Shown here in pieces: positions 41,649-49,404 of a DNA stretch of 64,000 bases; position 1 is the first letter of the stretch; each line of letters starts with the position of its first letter. A program made the translations under genes and the position numbers. This stretch comes from Nitrospirota bacterium (GTDB taxonomy: Bacteria > Nitrospirota > Thermodesulfovibrionia > Thermodesulfovibrionales > Dissulfurispiraceae), in NCBI GenBank assembly GCA_040758355.1, contig JBFLWF010000006.1, positions 1 to 64,000 on the forward strand, in the 5' to 3' direction. The notes beneath the pieces were generated by a model, which had not been told where the DNA came from, ran no database searches, and saw only the letters and a program-made list of their open reading frames with translations.

Positions 41649-43051
41649 TGATGACCTTGATTAACCCGGGCATACTCATTGTTGATGACGAAGATATTGT
41701 AAGGAAGAGCTGCGTCAGGATACTTTCGCCTCAGGGCTATAATCTCGAGACTGCAAAGAATGCGAGCGAGGCCGTGAAGAAACTCCAGAACGAGTCATTT
41801 GATCTCGTGCTCGCAGACCTTGTTATGCCCGATGTAACAGGCATAGACCTTTTGAAAAAAATTAAAGAGGATTGGCCTGAAACAGAGGTGATAATAATTA
41901 CAGGGTATGGAACAGTAAAAACCGCAGTGGATGCCCTCAAATACGGTGTATACGACTTTATAGAGAAGCCCTTCACTCCAGAGGCGCTTTTAAATTCTGT
42001 TGAGCGATGCCTCGAAAAGAAAAAGCTCGAACTCGAAAATATAAGGCTCAGGCAGGAGATCAATGCCCTGTACAGTTTAGACAATATCATAGGCACATCA
42101 AAGGAGATGCAAAAGGTATTTAAGCTCATAGCCACTGTCGCGTCTACAGGCAGCACTGTATTGATAACAGGCGAGAGCGGCACAGGAAAGGAGCTTGTTG
42201 CACGGGCCATACATTACAACAGTGCAAGGAGGGAGCAGCCCTTTATGGTGGTTGACTGCGGCACAATACCCGAAAACCTCATGGAATCCGAATTGTTCGG
42301 ACATACGAAAGGCTCATTCACAGGTGCAATTGCAACAGAAAAAGGAGTTCTCGAGGCAGCCAACGGAGGGACGGTATTTCTTGACGAGATAAGCAATCTT
42401 CCGCTGTCAATGCAGGTGAAGCTTCTGAGGGTATTGCAGGAAAAGGAGTTCAGGCCTGTTGGCAGCAAAAAGACAGTGAAGATCGACATAAGGTTTATCG
42501 CAGCAACTAACAGGGATCTTTCAGAGATGGTTAAAGAAGGGAAATTCAGGGAAGACTTCTTTTACAGGCTGAATGTATTTCCCATCGATATCCCTCATTT
42601 GAGGGACAGAAAAGAAGACATCCCTGCCCTCGCTTACCATTTCCTCCACAAATACAGCAAGGAAGTCGGAAGGGATGTCCCGCACATTTCAGCAGAGGCC
42701 ATGCGCCAGCTCATCGCCAATGACTGGCCTGGCAACGTAAGGGAGCTTGAAAATGTAATCCACAGGGCAGTAATAGTTTGCGAAGGCAGGACTCTCAAGC
42801 CAGAGCATATAATGATACCTCTGAATCGGGAGGAAGAAATAGAAACTCCAAAAACGCTAAAAGAACTGAAATTAAAGAAAAAGGACTTAAGGACAAGGTC
42901 TATAGAGGATATAGAGAAGAGCTTTCTCATTGCCGCGCTTAAGCGTAATGACTGGAATATCACAAAGGCTGCTGCAGAGGTGGGCATGCAGAGGCCGAAT
43001 TTCCATGCGCTGTTAAAGAAATACAATATCTCAAAGGGGAAGGCTGATTAA
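41648..43051 (+). CDS. Sigma54-dependent response regulator (REC-AAA+-Fis HTH, NtrC family)
   Basis: REC, GESGTGKE, ESELFGHTKGSFTGA, FLDEI, WPGNVRELEN, C-terminal HTH. Confidence 0.95.
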   Translation: MMTLINPGILIVDDEDIVRKSCVRILSPQGYNLETAKNASEAVKKLQNESFDLVLADLVMPDVTGIDLLKKIKEDWPETEVIIITGYGTVKTAVDALKYGVYDFIEKPFTPEALLNSVERCLEKKKLELENIRLRQEINALYSLDNIIGTSKEMQKVFKLIATVASTGSTVLITGESGTGKELVARAIHYNSARREQPFMVVDCGTIPENLMESELFGHTKGSFTGAIATEKGVLEAANGGTVFLDEISNLPLSMQVKLLRVLQEKEFRPVGSKKTVKIDIRFIAATNRDLSEMVKEGKFREDFFYRLNVFPIDIPHLRDRKEDIPALAYHFLHKYSKEVGRDVPHISAEAMRQLIANDWPGNVRELENVIHRAVIVCEGRTLKPEHIMIPLNREEEIETPKTLKELKLKKKDLRTRSIEDIEKSFLIAALKRNDWNITKAAAEVGMQRPNFHALLKKYNISKGKAD

Positions 43052-43069
43052 ACCATAATCCGTAAACAT

Positions 43070-43122
43070 GGATAGCAGGTATGCGCTCAAAGCCGTCCCT
43101 CTTTTCGGCGCACCTGCTATCC
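43070..43122 (-). repeat. Structured hairpin element, copy 3
   Basis: Minus strand GGATAGCAGGTGCGCC-GA-AAAG-agggacgg-CTTT-GA-GCGCATACCTGCTATCC. Confidence 0.65.
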
Positions 43123-43134
43123 TGCATTAGTGAG

Positions 43135-43323
43135 ATGACAAAAATCGATTGTTTTAAATGCAAACACTTCTATATCACATGGGACAAAGGCTTTCCTTAT
43201 GGATGCAAGGCAATGGGATTCAAGACAAAAAACATGCCCTCTGATGTCGTCTATCAATCTTCGGGAATGGAGTGTTTGAAATACGAGGAAAAGGACAAAA
43301 ATCCTAAAAATATCATCAGATAA
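43135..43323 (+). CDS. Small 4-Cys conserved hypothetical protein (family often loosely annotated as uracil-DNA glycosylase)
   Basis: CFKCKHFYITWD...PYGCKAMGFK...SG.EC pattern; too short to be a UDG. Confidence 0.7.
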   Translation: MTKIDCFKCKHFYITWDKGFPYGCKAMGFKTKNMPSDVVYQSSGMECLKYEEKDKNPKNIIR

Positions 43324-43402
43324 ACCGCCTAAGCGAGGGGATACAAAACTTCTTCCTGCTTGTGTCGCCAATGAGGACAGCACAAAACTTAGCAGGTGGC
43401 AG
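43317..43402 (-). pseudogene. Fragment of the DNA-methylase gene joined to the GCGGTTTATCTG end repeat
   Basis: Translates KFCAVLIGDTSRKKFCIP, matching KHCAVLIGDTRRNKFYIP of ORF 46359-46685. Confidence 0.75.
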
Positions 43403-43449
43403 ATTATAAATCTGTGGTATAATTTAATAAAAATGAAGGGTGGATTCCA

Positions 43450-43740
43450 CTGCCAATCATAATTGATGATATAATATGGCTGGATACCATAGTTGAGAAG
43501 ATTGCATGGAAACACGGCGTACTTCCACATGAGGTTGAAGAAGTGTTATCCGGCAATTTCAGGATGTTTAAAAGAGAAAGCGGAAAGGTTGAAGGAGAGG
43601 ATCTTTATAATGCCCTCGGCATAACCGAAGGCGGACGATATCTCTCAATATTTTTTATAAGGAAACTAAATAACAAGGCCCTGATCATAACTGCAAGAGA
43701 TATGAACAAAAGGGAGAAAAGAAGATATGAAAAAAAGTAA
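43450..43740 (+). CDS. BrnT-family toxin (DUF497); probable CTG start
   Basis: IIW...VEKIAWKHGVLPHEVEEV...G.TEGGRYL...IITARDM..RE.RRY; the frame is open back to TAA at 43420. Confidence 0.8.
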   Translation: MPIIIDDIIWLDTIVEKIAWKHGVLPHEVEEVLSGNFRMFKRESGKVEGEDLYNALGITEGGRYLSIFFIRKLNNKALIITARDMNKREKRRYEKK

Positions 43741-43966
43741 ATACAGAGAGATGACAATAGCAGAGGCAAGCGACTATTTCAACGAGCATGATATATTTGA
43801 GTTTGAAGATGTAAAGGAAGTCTCTGATGTCAAATTCAAGTTGCATAAGAAAAAATATATTGGGGTTGACATAGACCTTTTTAAGAAAATTAAAAGTAAA
43901 GCAAAAAAACTCCATAAAAGCGAAGACCTGCTTATAAAAGAATGGCTTATTGAAAAAGTCGGGTAA
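43727..43966 (+). CDS. Cognate antitoxin (BrnA/CopG-like)
   Basis: EASDYFNEHD N-terminus, RHH-like C-terminus, overlaps the toxin stop. Confidence 0.72.
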   Translation: MKKSKYREMTIAEASDYFNEHDIFEFEDVKEVSDVKFKLHKKKYIGVDIDLFKKIKSKAKKLHKSEDLLIKEWLIEKVG

Positions 43967-43979
43967 GACTTTTTCAATA
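43948..43979. terminator. 13-bp perfect hairpin at the end of the antitoxin gene, between convergent TA operons
   Basis: TATTGAAAAAGTC-gggtaa-GACTTTTTCAATA. Confidence 0.55.
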
Positions 43980-44039
43980 CCTTAAAAAATCCTTCCCGAT
44001 TTGTCTTTTGCAGTTTTGTTCTTTCGCCCCTTCCATGCT

Positions 44040-44080
44040 TTTTTGAAACACAAAAATATGCTCATTAAAAGGAGGGGAAA
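44040..44080 (-). pseudogene. Short degenerate fragment of the DNA-methylase C-terminus
   Basis: Reads ...LLLM/EHIFVFQK, matching FLLIMHEHIFVFYK of 46359-46685. Confidence 0.55.
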
Positions 44081-44090
44081 AGCATTAGGA

Positions 44091-44444
44091 TTAGTAAAAC
44101 TCTTGTAAAAATCTCAGTTGATTATCAATTTCTCCATCTTTGGTAACAGCAAGCAATTTGAGAGTTAGCCTTATTAGCTCTGCAATTTTTATTTCAGGAG
44201 ATATGATAATTCCTTTGTGGCGTTTGCCTTCTTCGAGCCATGTCCTATGCAGTTTTGTGAAATCGCCAATATTAAAAGTGAGTATGGCTCTGCCCTGAGA
44301 GGCTGTAAATACAAGTTGTTCTAAATCATTTTTGCCAAGCATGCCCGCATCTCTCGCAGACAAGACATCATAATTGTATTGCTTCAATATTAAGGTGAGG
44401 TCAACAGGGATCATTTCATCGAGATAAAGCTTAATAGCAGCCAT
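44091..44444 (-). CDS. DUF5615-family PIN-like toxin
   Basis: LYLDEM, D..QL, RAILTFNIGDF, H.GII. Confidence 0.85.
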   Translation of the reverse strand: MAAIKLYLDEMIPVDLTLILKQYNYDVLSARDAGMLGKNDLEQLVFTASQGRAILTFNIGDFTKLHRTWLEEGKRHKGIIISPEIKIAELIRLTLKLLAVTKDGEIDNQLRFLQEFY

Positions 44445-44842
44445 CAGTCATATTTTTCAGGAAGGGTTTCCCATGTATATGTCTTTTCTTTTTCATCGTC
44501 CGATAGTTTTTCAAATTCTTCTTCCGTTATAAGCCGGTCAATCCCGTATTCGCCTACAACCAATCGCATATTAGATCTTTTCATAATCGCTCTGAGTGTA
44601 TTTTCCTGAATTTCCTGTTCAATCTCATTCTTATGATCAAAGTAATAGCTGATGGCGTCATGGATCTGCGCAAATGTAAGATGAGGGTATCCCATAAGAA
44701 TATCTTCCGCAGAGTTTCCGCTTTTCACCATAGAAGCGATTAAGCGCACTGTAATCCTTGTGCCGGATATAACAGGCGAACCGCCGCAGATTTCCGGATT
44801 CTTGATAATGTAAGGATGTTCGGTCTTTAATTCTGTAGGCAT
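44444..44842 (-). CDS. DUF433-family antitoxin with C-terminal extension
   Basis: PEICGGSPVISGTRITV...YPHLT.AQIHDAISYY; AGGAGG RBS. Confidence 0.88.
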   Translation of the reverse strand: MPTELKTEHPYIIKNPEICGGSPVISGTRITVRLIASMVKSGNSAEDILMGYPHLTFAQIHDAISYYFDHKNEIEQEIQENTLRAIMKRSNMRLVVGEYGIDRLITEEEFEKLSDDEKEKTYTWETLPEKYD

Positions 44843-44900
44843 TGCGGACTTCCTCCTAAGCAAATAATATCAAAATCGCTCTGAAAGATGCAATTTATAT

Positions 44901-45062
44901 TCACAGATAAACCGCCCTGCCGACTTCTCTGGCAATAAGATTGTCGAATTTATAGTTCTTAAGCCACTGAGATTCCCGTTTCAGATTTTTGAATGCATCC
45001 GCCGCATCTGTGCCTTCGGCGATGCCGATGACAACGGCATCTTCAGTTGAATGGAGTTCAGA
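44901..45062 (-). pseudogene. 53-codon 3' gene fragment ending AVYL* (repeat unit)
   Basis: SELHSTEDAVVIGIAEGTDAADAFKNLKRESQWLKNYKFDNLIAREVGRAVYL*, no start codon; begins right after the hicA stop. Confidence 0.7.
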
Positions 45063-45302
45063 TTACTTTTTGAGAAATTTTTGAAATTCCTCTGGAGACA
45101 ATTCAATATCGCGAAGGATTTTTCTTAGAAGCCCTCGACCAATGGTCTTCCCTTTATGAACGGGGACTGTTGTTTTCCTTCCATCAGGGTGGGTATATCT
45201 GAAGTGACTGCCTTTGGACTTTCTCGTATTCTTGAAGCCAAGCCTTTCAAGAATCCTTATAATTTCTTTGGAAGGCAGTATTGGAAGTCCGCCTTCAGTC
45301 AA
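45063..45302 (-). CDS. hicA: HicA-family toxin
   Basis: LERLGF...KGSH...HPDGRKTTVPVH...GLLRKIL. Confidence 0.9.
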   Translation of the reverse strand: MTEGGLPILPSKEIIRILERLGFKNTRKSKGSHFRYTHPDGRKTTVPVHKGKTIGRGLLRKILRDIELSPEEFQKFLKK

Positions 45303-45532
45303 ACTGCAACCTCAAGGCTTTTAATGCCTATTACTTCAGGATATTTTAAACTGATTTTTTTCTTTCTTTCCTTAAGTTCTTCAATGCACATGGCAATCAC
45401 ATCTTTTATATTTTCTATTGCCTCTTCAAAGGTCTCTCCCTGTGCATAGCAGCCCTGAAGTGCAGGGCATTCAGCAACATAGACGCCATCTTCATCTTGC
45501 TCGATAATTACCTGAAGATTATATTTCTTCAA
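45299..45532 (-). CDS. hicB: HicB-family antitoxin (TTG start)
   Basis: IEQDEDGVYVAECPALQGCYAQGETFEEAIENIKDVI; GGGGAGG RBS. Confidence 0.88.
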   Translation of the reverse strand: MKKYNLQVIIEQDEDGVYVAECPALQGCYAQGETFEEAIENIKDVIAMCIEELKERKKKISLKYPEVIGIKSLEVAV

Positions 45533-45582
45533 TTTTAACACCTCCCCTGTTAAGTCTATGAACATTATACACCTAAAGCCGT

Positions 45583-45693
45583 TTACAGATAAACCGCCCC
45601 GCCTGCTTTTCTGGCAGCAAGGTTGTCGAACCGTTTCAGATTTCTGAACGCATCCTTTGCATTTCTGCCTTCGGCAATGCCGATAATTACGAC
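45583..45693 (-). pseudogene. Second diverged copy of the AVYL* gene-end fragment (27-nt in-frame deletion)
   Basis: VVIIGIAEGRNAKDAFRNLKRFDNLAARKAGGAVYL*. Confidence 0.7.
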
Positions 45694-46238
45694 TTTTTGA
45701 GATGAATAATAGGCTCAAGTTTAGGAAGCAGGAAATATTTTCCAGCCAGTTTGTAGACTTTGCGAATATCGGCCTTCTTTGAAAGCTCTTTAATATCAAT
45801 AATGTCCTGACTGCTTAACGGCAGGAGTTTCAGTAAGATAAGGTATTCAGGGGTAGCGACTTTAATGCTCTTTCCCAGAACATCGGCAACAACCGCATTT
45901 TTTATCGCATCAGCCGCCAAATCAAATCCGCCCGTGCCTATAATATCAACCTGAATCTGACCTGACATGAAAGAAAATTTCTCCTGTATCGTCATTCGCG
46001 GCGTTGCTTTATGGACAGATACCTTTTTCTGCAGTCTTGTCTGGATAAGAGAGATCAGGTCTACCCAGTTTATCTTTTTTGAGATTATAACAACCAGATC
46101 AACATCCCTCGTGGTGCGCGGACGCACCCATGCCGAAAGCGCAAGCCCGCCAATAAGCGCATAATCTTCGACAATGCCTTCATTCTTCAGCTCATCGAAA
46201 AAGGAAATGGTTTTTATAAAGGCTTCGATTATAGACAT
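45687..46238 (-). CDS. Nucleotidyltransferase-superfamily protein (AbiEii/DUF6036-like)
   Basis: YALIGGLAL...PRTTRDVDL, VDI, ATPEYLILLKL...QD..DI. Confidence 0.82.
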   Translation of the reverse strand: MSIIEAFIKTISFFDELKNEGIVEDYALIGGLALSAWVRPRTTRDVDLVVIISKKINWVDLISLIQTRLQKKVSVHKATPRMTIQEKFSFMSGQIQVDIIGTGGFDLAADAIKNAVVADVLGKSIKVATPEYLILLKLLPLSSQDIIDIKELSKKADIRKVYKLAGKYFLLPKLEPIIHLKKS

Positions 46239-46351
46239 TACTTTTTCTTTCCTGCTTTATGAACCGACTTCTTGATTATTAAGGAAAGTTCGAGCAGTTC
46301 GAGGGCGATTTCTATGTTTTTGCCGTTCGGTTTTAAAGGCTTCTTTTTCAT
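46238..46351 (-). CDS. 37-aa basic peptide translationally coupled to the nucleotidyltransferase
   Basis: MKKKPLKPNGKNIEIALELLELSLIIKKSVHKAGKKK*; TAATG overlap with the next gene. Confidence 0.55.
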   Translation of the reverse strand: MKKKPLKPNGKNIEIALELLELSLIIKKSVHKAGKKK

Positions 46352-46358
46352 GCTTGAA

Positions 46359-46685
46359 TTATACACCTAAAGCCGTTTGCAGATAAACCGCAGGGCCTGC
46401 CTCTGTAGGTTTTCGTGGCTTGTAAAAAACAAAAATGTGCTCGTGCATTATGAGGAGAAAGTTGTACTCCTTTGATTTTTTGACCCAAAAACCTGTTGCC
46501 CTGCAATTGTGCTGAACCTTGATGATGTCTTCTTTGAGGACGAATCCAGCCTTTAAAAAGCGCTCCATGACGTTATACGCAAGGGGAATATAGAATTTGT
46601 TCCGCCTCGTATCGCCGATAAGAACAGCGCAATGTTTGCCGGGCTTTAAAACCCTGAAACATTTAGGATAGATTATTTTTGACAA
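46359..46685 (-). pseudogene. C-terminal fragment of an N4/N6 DNA methyltransferase, reading into the AVYL repeat
   Basis: FRVLKPGKHCAVLIGD...GFVLKEDIIKVQHN...HEHIFVF; lacks the SAM-binding and (D/N/S)PPY motifs. Confidence 0.75.
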
Positions 46686-46712
46686 TTCTAATAAAATACA
46701 TCAGGTGAACTC

Positions 46713-47165
46713 ATGAAGAAGATATTAACCCTCGCTGATCAGATCAACAAACGAATTTGGTGGCATTCTCCACCATCAGACAAAAACGCTTACAAAAAAA
46801 GAGGTATGTTCCTGTCTTCGTCATATAAGGAATGCGAATTTTATGGCCGCCCTCTTGATGAACCAATTAGGGTAAAAGTGTCTAAACCGTTAGTAGACAC
46901 TGAACGAAATGTAATTAGATTTTTCTTTGGTAATGATTCTCCACAGATGCTTACCTTAAATGCCTTAATGAATGGCACCTCAAGAAGCCCGGTAAAGGCA
47001 AGATTTAAATTAGATGCGGATTTATTTGAAGCAGCTAAGAAAAACAAATATGATGCCATTGCAATAATCCCAGAAAAGGGTCTTGAAAAAATAAAAAATC
47101 ACAAACTTCCAAGAAGTGTAGAGTTGAACGTAATTGATTTCGAGAATGGAATTGATAAAGTATGA
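46713..47165 (+). CDS. Hypothetical protein, possible ADP-ribosyltransferase fold
   Basis: 150-aa ORF with ATGA overlap to the MTase; WWH...GMFLS....EFYG...KPL...YDAI...E.NV pattern. Confidence 0.6.
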   Translation: MKKILTLADQINKRIWWHSPPSDKNAYKKRGMFLSSSYKECEFYGRPLDEPIRVKVSKPLVDTERNVIRFFFGNDSPQMLTLNALMNGTSRSPVKARFKLDADLFEAAKKNKYDAIAIIPEKGLEKIKNHKLPRSVELNVIDFENGIDKV

Positions 47166-48103
47166 AAGGCACTACACATAAAATTAAAAGCGAAAAAAAG
47201 TGGTCTATAATATACAAGTACACAGAAAGCCCAATTGAATTTTACATTTCAGAAGAAACAGTCACTTATGGCGACAACGGCAAGAAAAAGCCTTTCTCCA
47301 TTTACTACGACAACCCTGCACATTCAGTGAGACTTCTCAAAGGCGATTGCATAGAGATATTGAATCAGGCCAGGGAAAACAGTGTTGATATGATTTTTGC
47401 CGACCCGCCTTATTTTCTTTCTAATGGAGGCATCACTTGCCATGCGGGAAAGATGGTATCTGTTAATAAAGGCAAGTGGGATAAATCCAAAGGTGTGGCA
47501 GAAAATCATAAATTTACTCTCGAATGGCTCAAGGCTTGTCAGCGCGTCCTAAAGCCAAATGGAACAATATGGGTTTCGGGAACAACACATATCATTTACT
47601 CGGTCGGCTTTGCAATGCAGGAGCTTGGATATAAAATCCTTAATGACATTATCTGGTACAAGCGCAACGCTCCACCAAATCTCTCATGCAGATATTTCAC
47701 ACATTCAACAGAGATAGTTTTATGGGCTGCCAAAAATGAAAAAAGCAAACATTACTTTGATTATCATCTTATGAAGAAAATGAATCAAGGTAAGCAGATG
47801 CGTAATGTGTGGGAAATCTCAGCACCGCCAGCAGAGGAAAAGAAGTTCGGAAAACATCCAACTCAAAAACCTGTGGAGCTTTTGAAAAGAATTATCCTTG
47901 CATCTACAAAAGGGGACGATTTAGTGCTTGATCCCTTCTGTGGCAGTTCAACAACCGGCGTTGCAGCGGTCTTATTAAATCGGAAGTATGTAGGGATTGA
48001 TTTGGAGGATGAATATCTTGCTGTCTCTGTAAAGCGATTGAAAGAAGCAATTGTGAAAAAAGAACATAAGCTATTTGAGCATAAAGAGGCAGTAACACGA
48101 TGA
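47162..48103 (+). CDS. N6-adenine DNA methyltransferase, beta class (DpnA/M2.MboI-like)
   Basis: ADPPYFLSNGG...SVNKGKWD, HPTQKP, LDPFCGSSTTG. Confidence 0.92.
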   Translation: MKGTTHKIKSEKKWSIIYKYTESPIEFYISEETVTYGDNGKKKPFSIYYDNPAHSVRLLKGDCIEILNQARENSVDMIFADPPYFLSNGGITCHAGKMVSVNKGKWDKSKGVAENHKFTLEWLKACQRVLKPNGTIWVSGTTHIIYSVGFAMQELGYKILNDIIWYKRNAPPNLSCRYFTHSTEIVLWAAKNEKSKHYFDYHLMKKMNQGKQMRNVWEISAPPAEEKKFGKHPTQKPVELLKRIILASTKGDDLVLDPFCGSSTTGVAAVLLNRKYVGIDLEDEYLAVSVKRLKEAIVKKEHKLFEHKEAVTR

Positions 48104-49026
48104 AATATTCCCCAATATTTAAAAATAAGATAGGTTGTAAGAATGAAAGCGAAGTATTTGCTTATCTGATCAATAATCTTAATGATTCCATCAGATACTG
48201 GGACTATTTTGTGAACTGGAAAAAGGTTCTCGGTAACACGCGAGAGTTGGAGGTAGATTTGAATATTATGAACTACCTGATCGGCAAGGAAGATATTGAG
48301 AAAGAATTTGGTTGTCTTTTAAAAAAGCATCCTCAGATTTTAAGATTAGTTCCTGTGCTTCTTGCATGTAGAGAACATAAGTTTAAAATCCTCACAGATC
48401 TTTCTGAGGGGAATCTCAAGTATGATGATTTTTCATTTGAGGAAAAGAGAAACCTTTCCGATGCTGAAATTTCAAAAGTTGTCCGTTTTGCGCAAAAAAG
48501 TGGCTTGTTAAAAATATTCAAAGACAAAACCGTTAAGAATGTTGTTGATTACACAATTGGGATTGAGGTTGGGCTTGACAGTAATGGGCGTAAAAACCGA
48601 GGCGGTACTGCTATGGAGAAAGTTATCGAATCTTATATTAAAGTAATATGCAAAATGCATGGCTTCAGATATATGAAACAGGCGACTTCTGAAAAGGTGT
48701 CTTCAGAATGGGGACTGAAACTTAGTGTTGACAAATCAAGTAGACGATTCGATTTTGCAGTATACAATGGCAAGAAGCTTTATCTCATAGAAGCCAATTA
48801 CTATGGCGGTGGAGGCTCTAAACTTAAATCTACAGCAGGCGAATATAAAGCTCTATATGATTTTGTCTCTAAGGACGGTCATAAATTTATCTGGATTACC
48901 GATGGCTTGGGATGGAAGACTACCAGTAGGCCTTTAGAGGAAACTTTTAATCATATCGAGTATCTTTTGAATTTAAAAATGCTTACTGAAGGTATCTTAG
49001 ATGGGATTGTTGTAAATAACCTCTAA
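48100..49026 (+). CDS. Type II restriction endonuclease, DpnII/MboI family (GATC)
   Basis: DYFVNWKKV, GIEVGLDSNGRKNRGG, RFDF...IEANYYGGGGSKL, FIWITDG.GW. Confidence 0.92.
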   Translation: MKYSPIFKNKIGCKNESEVFAYLINNLNDSIRYWDYFVNWKKVLGNTRELEVDLNIMNYLIGKEDIEKEFGCLLKKHPQILRLVPVLLACREHKFKILTDLSEGNLKYDDFSFEEKRNLSDAEISKVVRFAQKSGLLKIFKDKTVKNVVDYTIGIEVGLDSNGRKNRGGTAMEKVIESYIKVICKMHGFRYMKQATSEKVSSEWGLKLSVDKSSRRFDFAVYNGKKLYLIEANYYGGGGSKLKSTAGEYKALYDFVSKDGHKFIWITDGLGWKTTSRPLEETFNHIEYLLNLKMLTEGILDGIVVNNL

Positions 49027-49064
49027 AGGGACAACAAAAATTGTACTCTGAATTTTTTAAGTCT

Positions 49065-49316
49065 CTATACTTCTATAGGCCATATAGGAGTAAAAGAATT
49101 GTTCGTCTCTTCAACTGATATTATGTTTTTGACCTCAAATTTACGCGTCCCCTTTTTCATTATGTCATAACAATAAAAGAATTCACTCCCTCTCTCAAAT
49201 CTGTAACTGTATGGTTCGGCTTCTCGAGTTTCAATAGAACCATCTTTCTCCTTAGCTGTTAATAGAATGGTATGAAGATTTTTACCAGCAGATGAAATAA
49301 TATCTTTAATTGTCAT
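49065..49316 (-). CDS. Stand-alone WYL-like domain protein
   Basis: REAEPYSYR...FYCYD...RKF....I.SV...F.P.WPIE pattern; GGAGG RBS. Confidence 0.6.
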   Translation of the reverse strand: MTIKDIISSAGKNLHTILLTAKEKDGSIETREAEPYSYRFERGSEFFYCYDIMKKGTRKFEVKNIISVEETNNSFTPIWPIEV

Positions 49317-49404
49317 TGCATACCCTCCACTGAAAAAATATTCTTAAAATAATAATCATTCTTTTTTGTCTACCCCCTACCAAAATTCAGGGTGCGACCT
49401 ATCT

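Larger units (their letters stand above)
45564..46391. repeat. 34-bp direct repeat (45564-45597 and 46358-46391; 33/34 identical) bracketing the nucleotidyltransferase module
   Basis: ATTATACACCTAAAGCCGTTT[A/G]CAGATAAACCGC. Confidence 0.9.

Noticed and set aside
43135..43323. Uracil-DNA glycosylase function
   Set aside because: At 62 aa it cannot hold a UDG fold, and no catalytic motifs are present.
45533..45799. N-terminal 89 aa of the 166-aa ORF 45299-45799
   Set aside because: It overlaps the NTase gene and the repeat fragment. HicB similarity and the RBS begin at TTG 45532.
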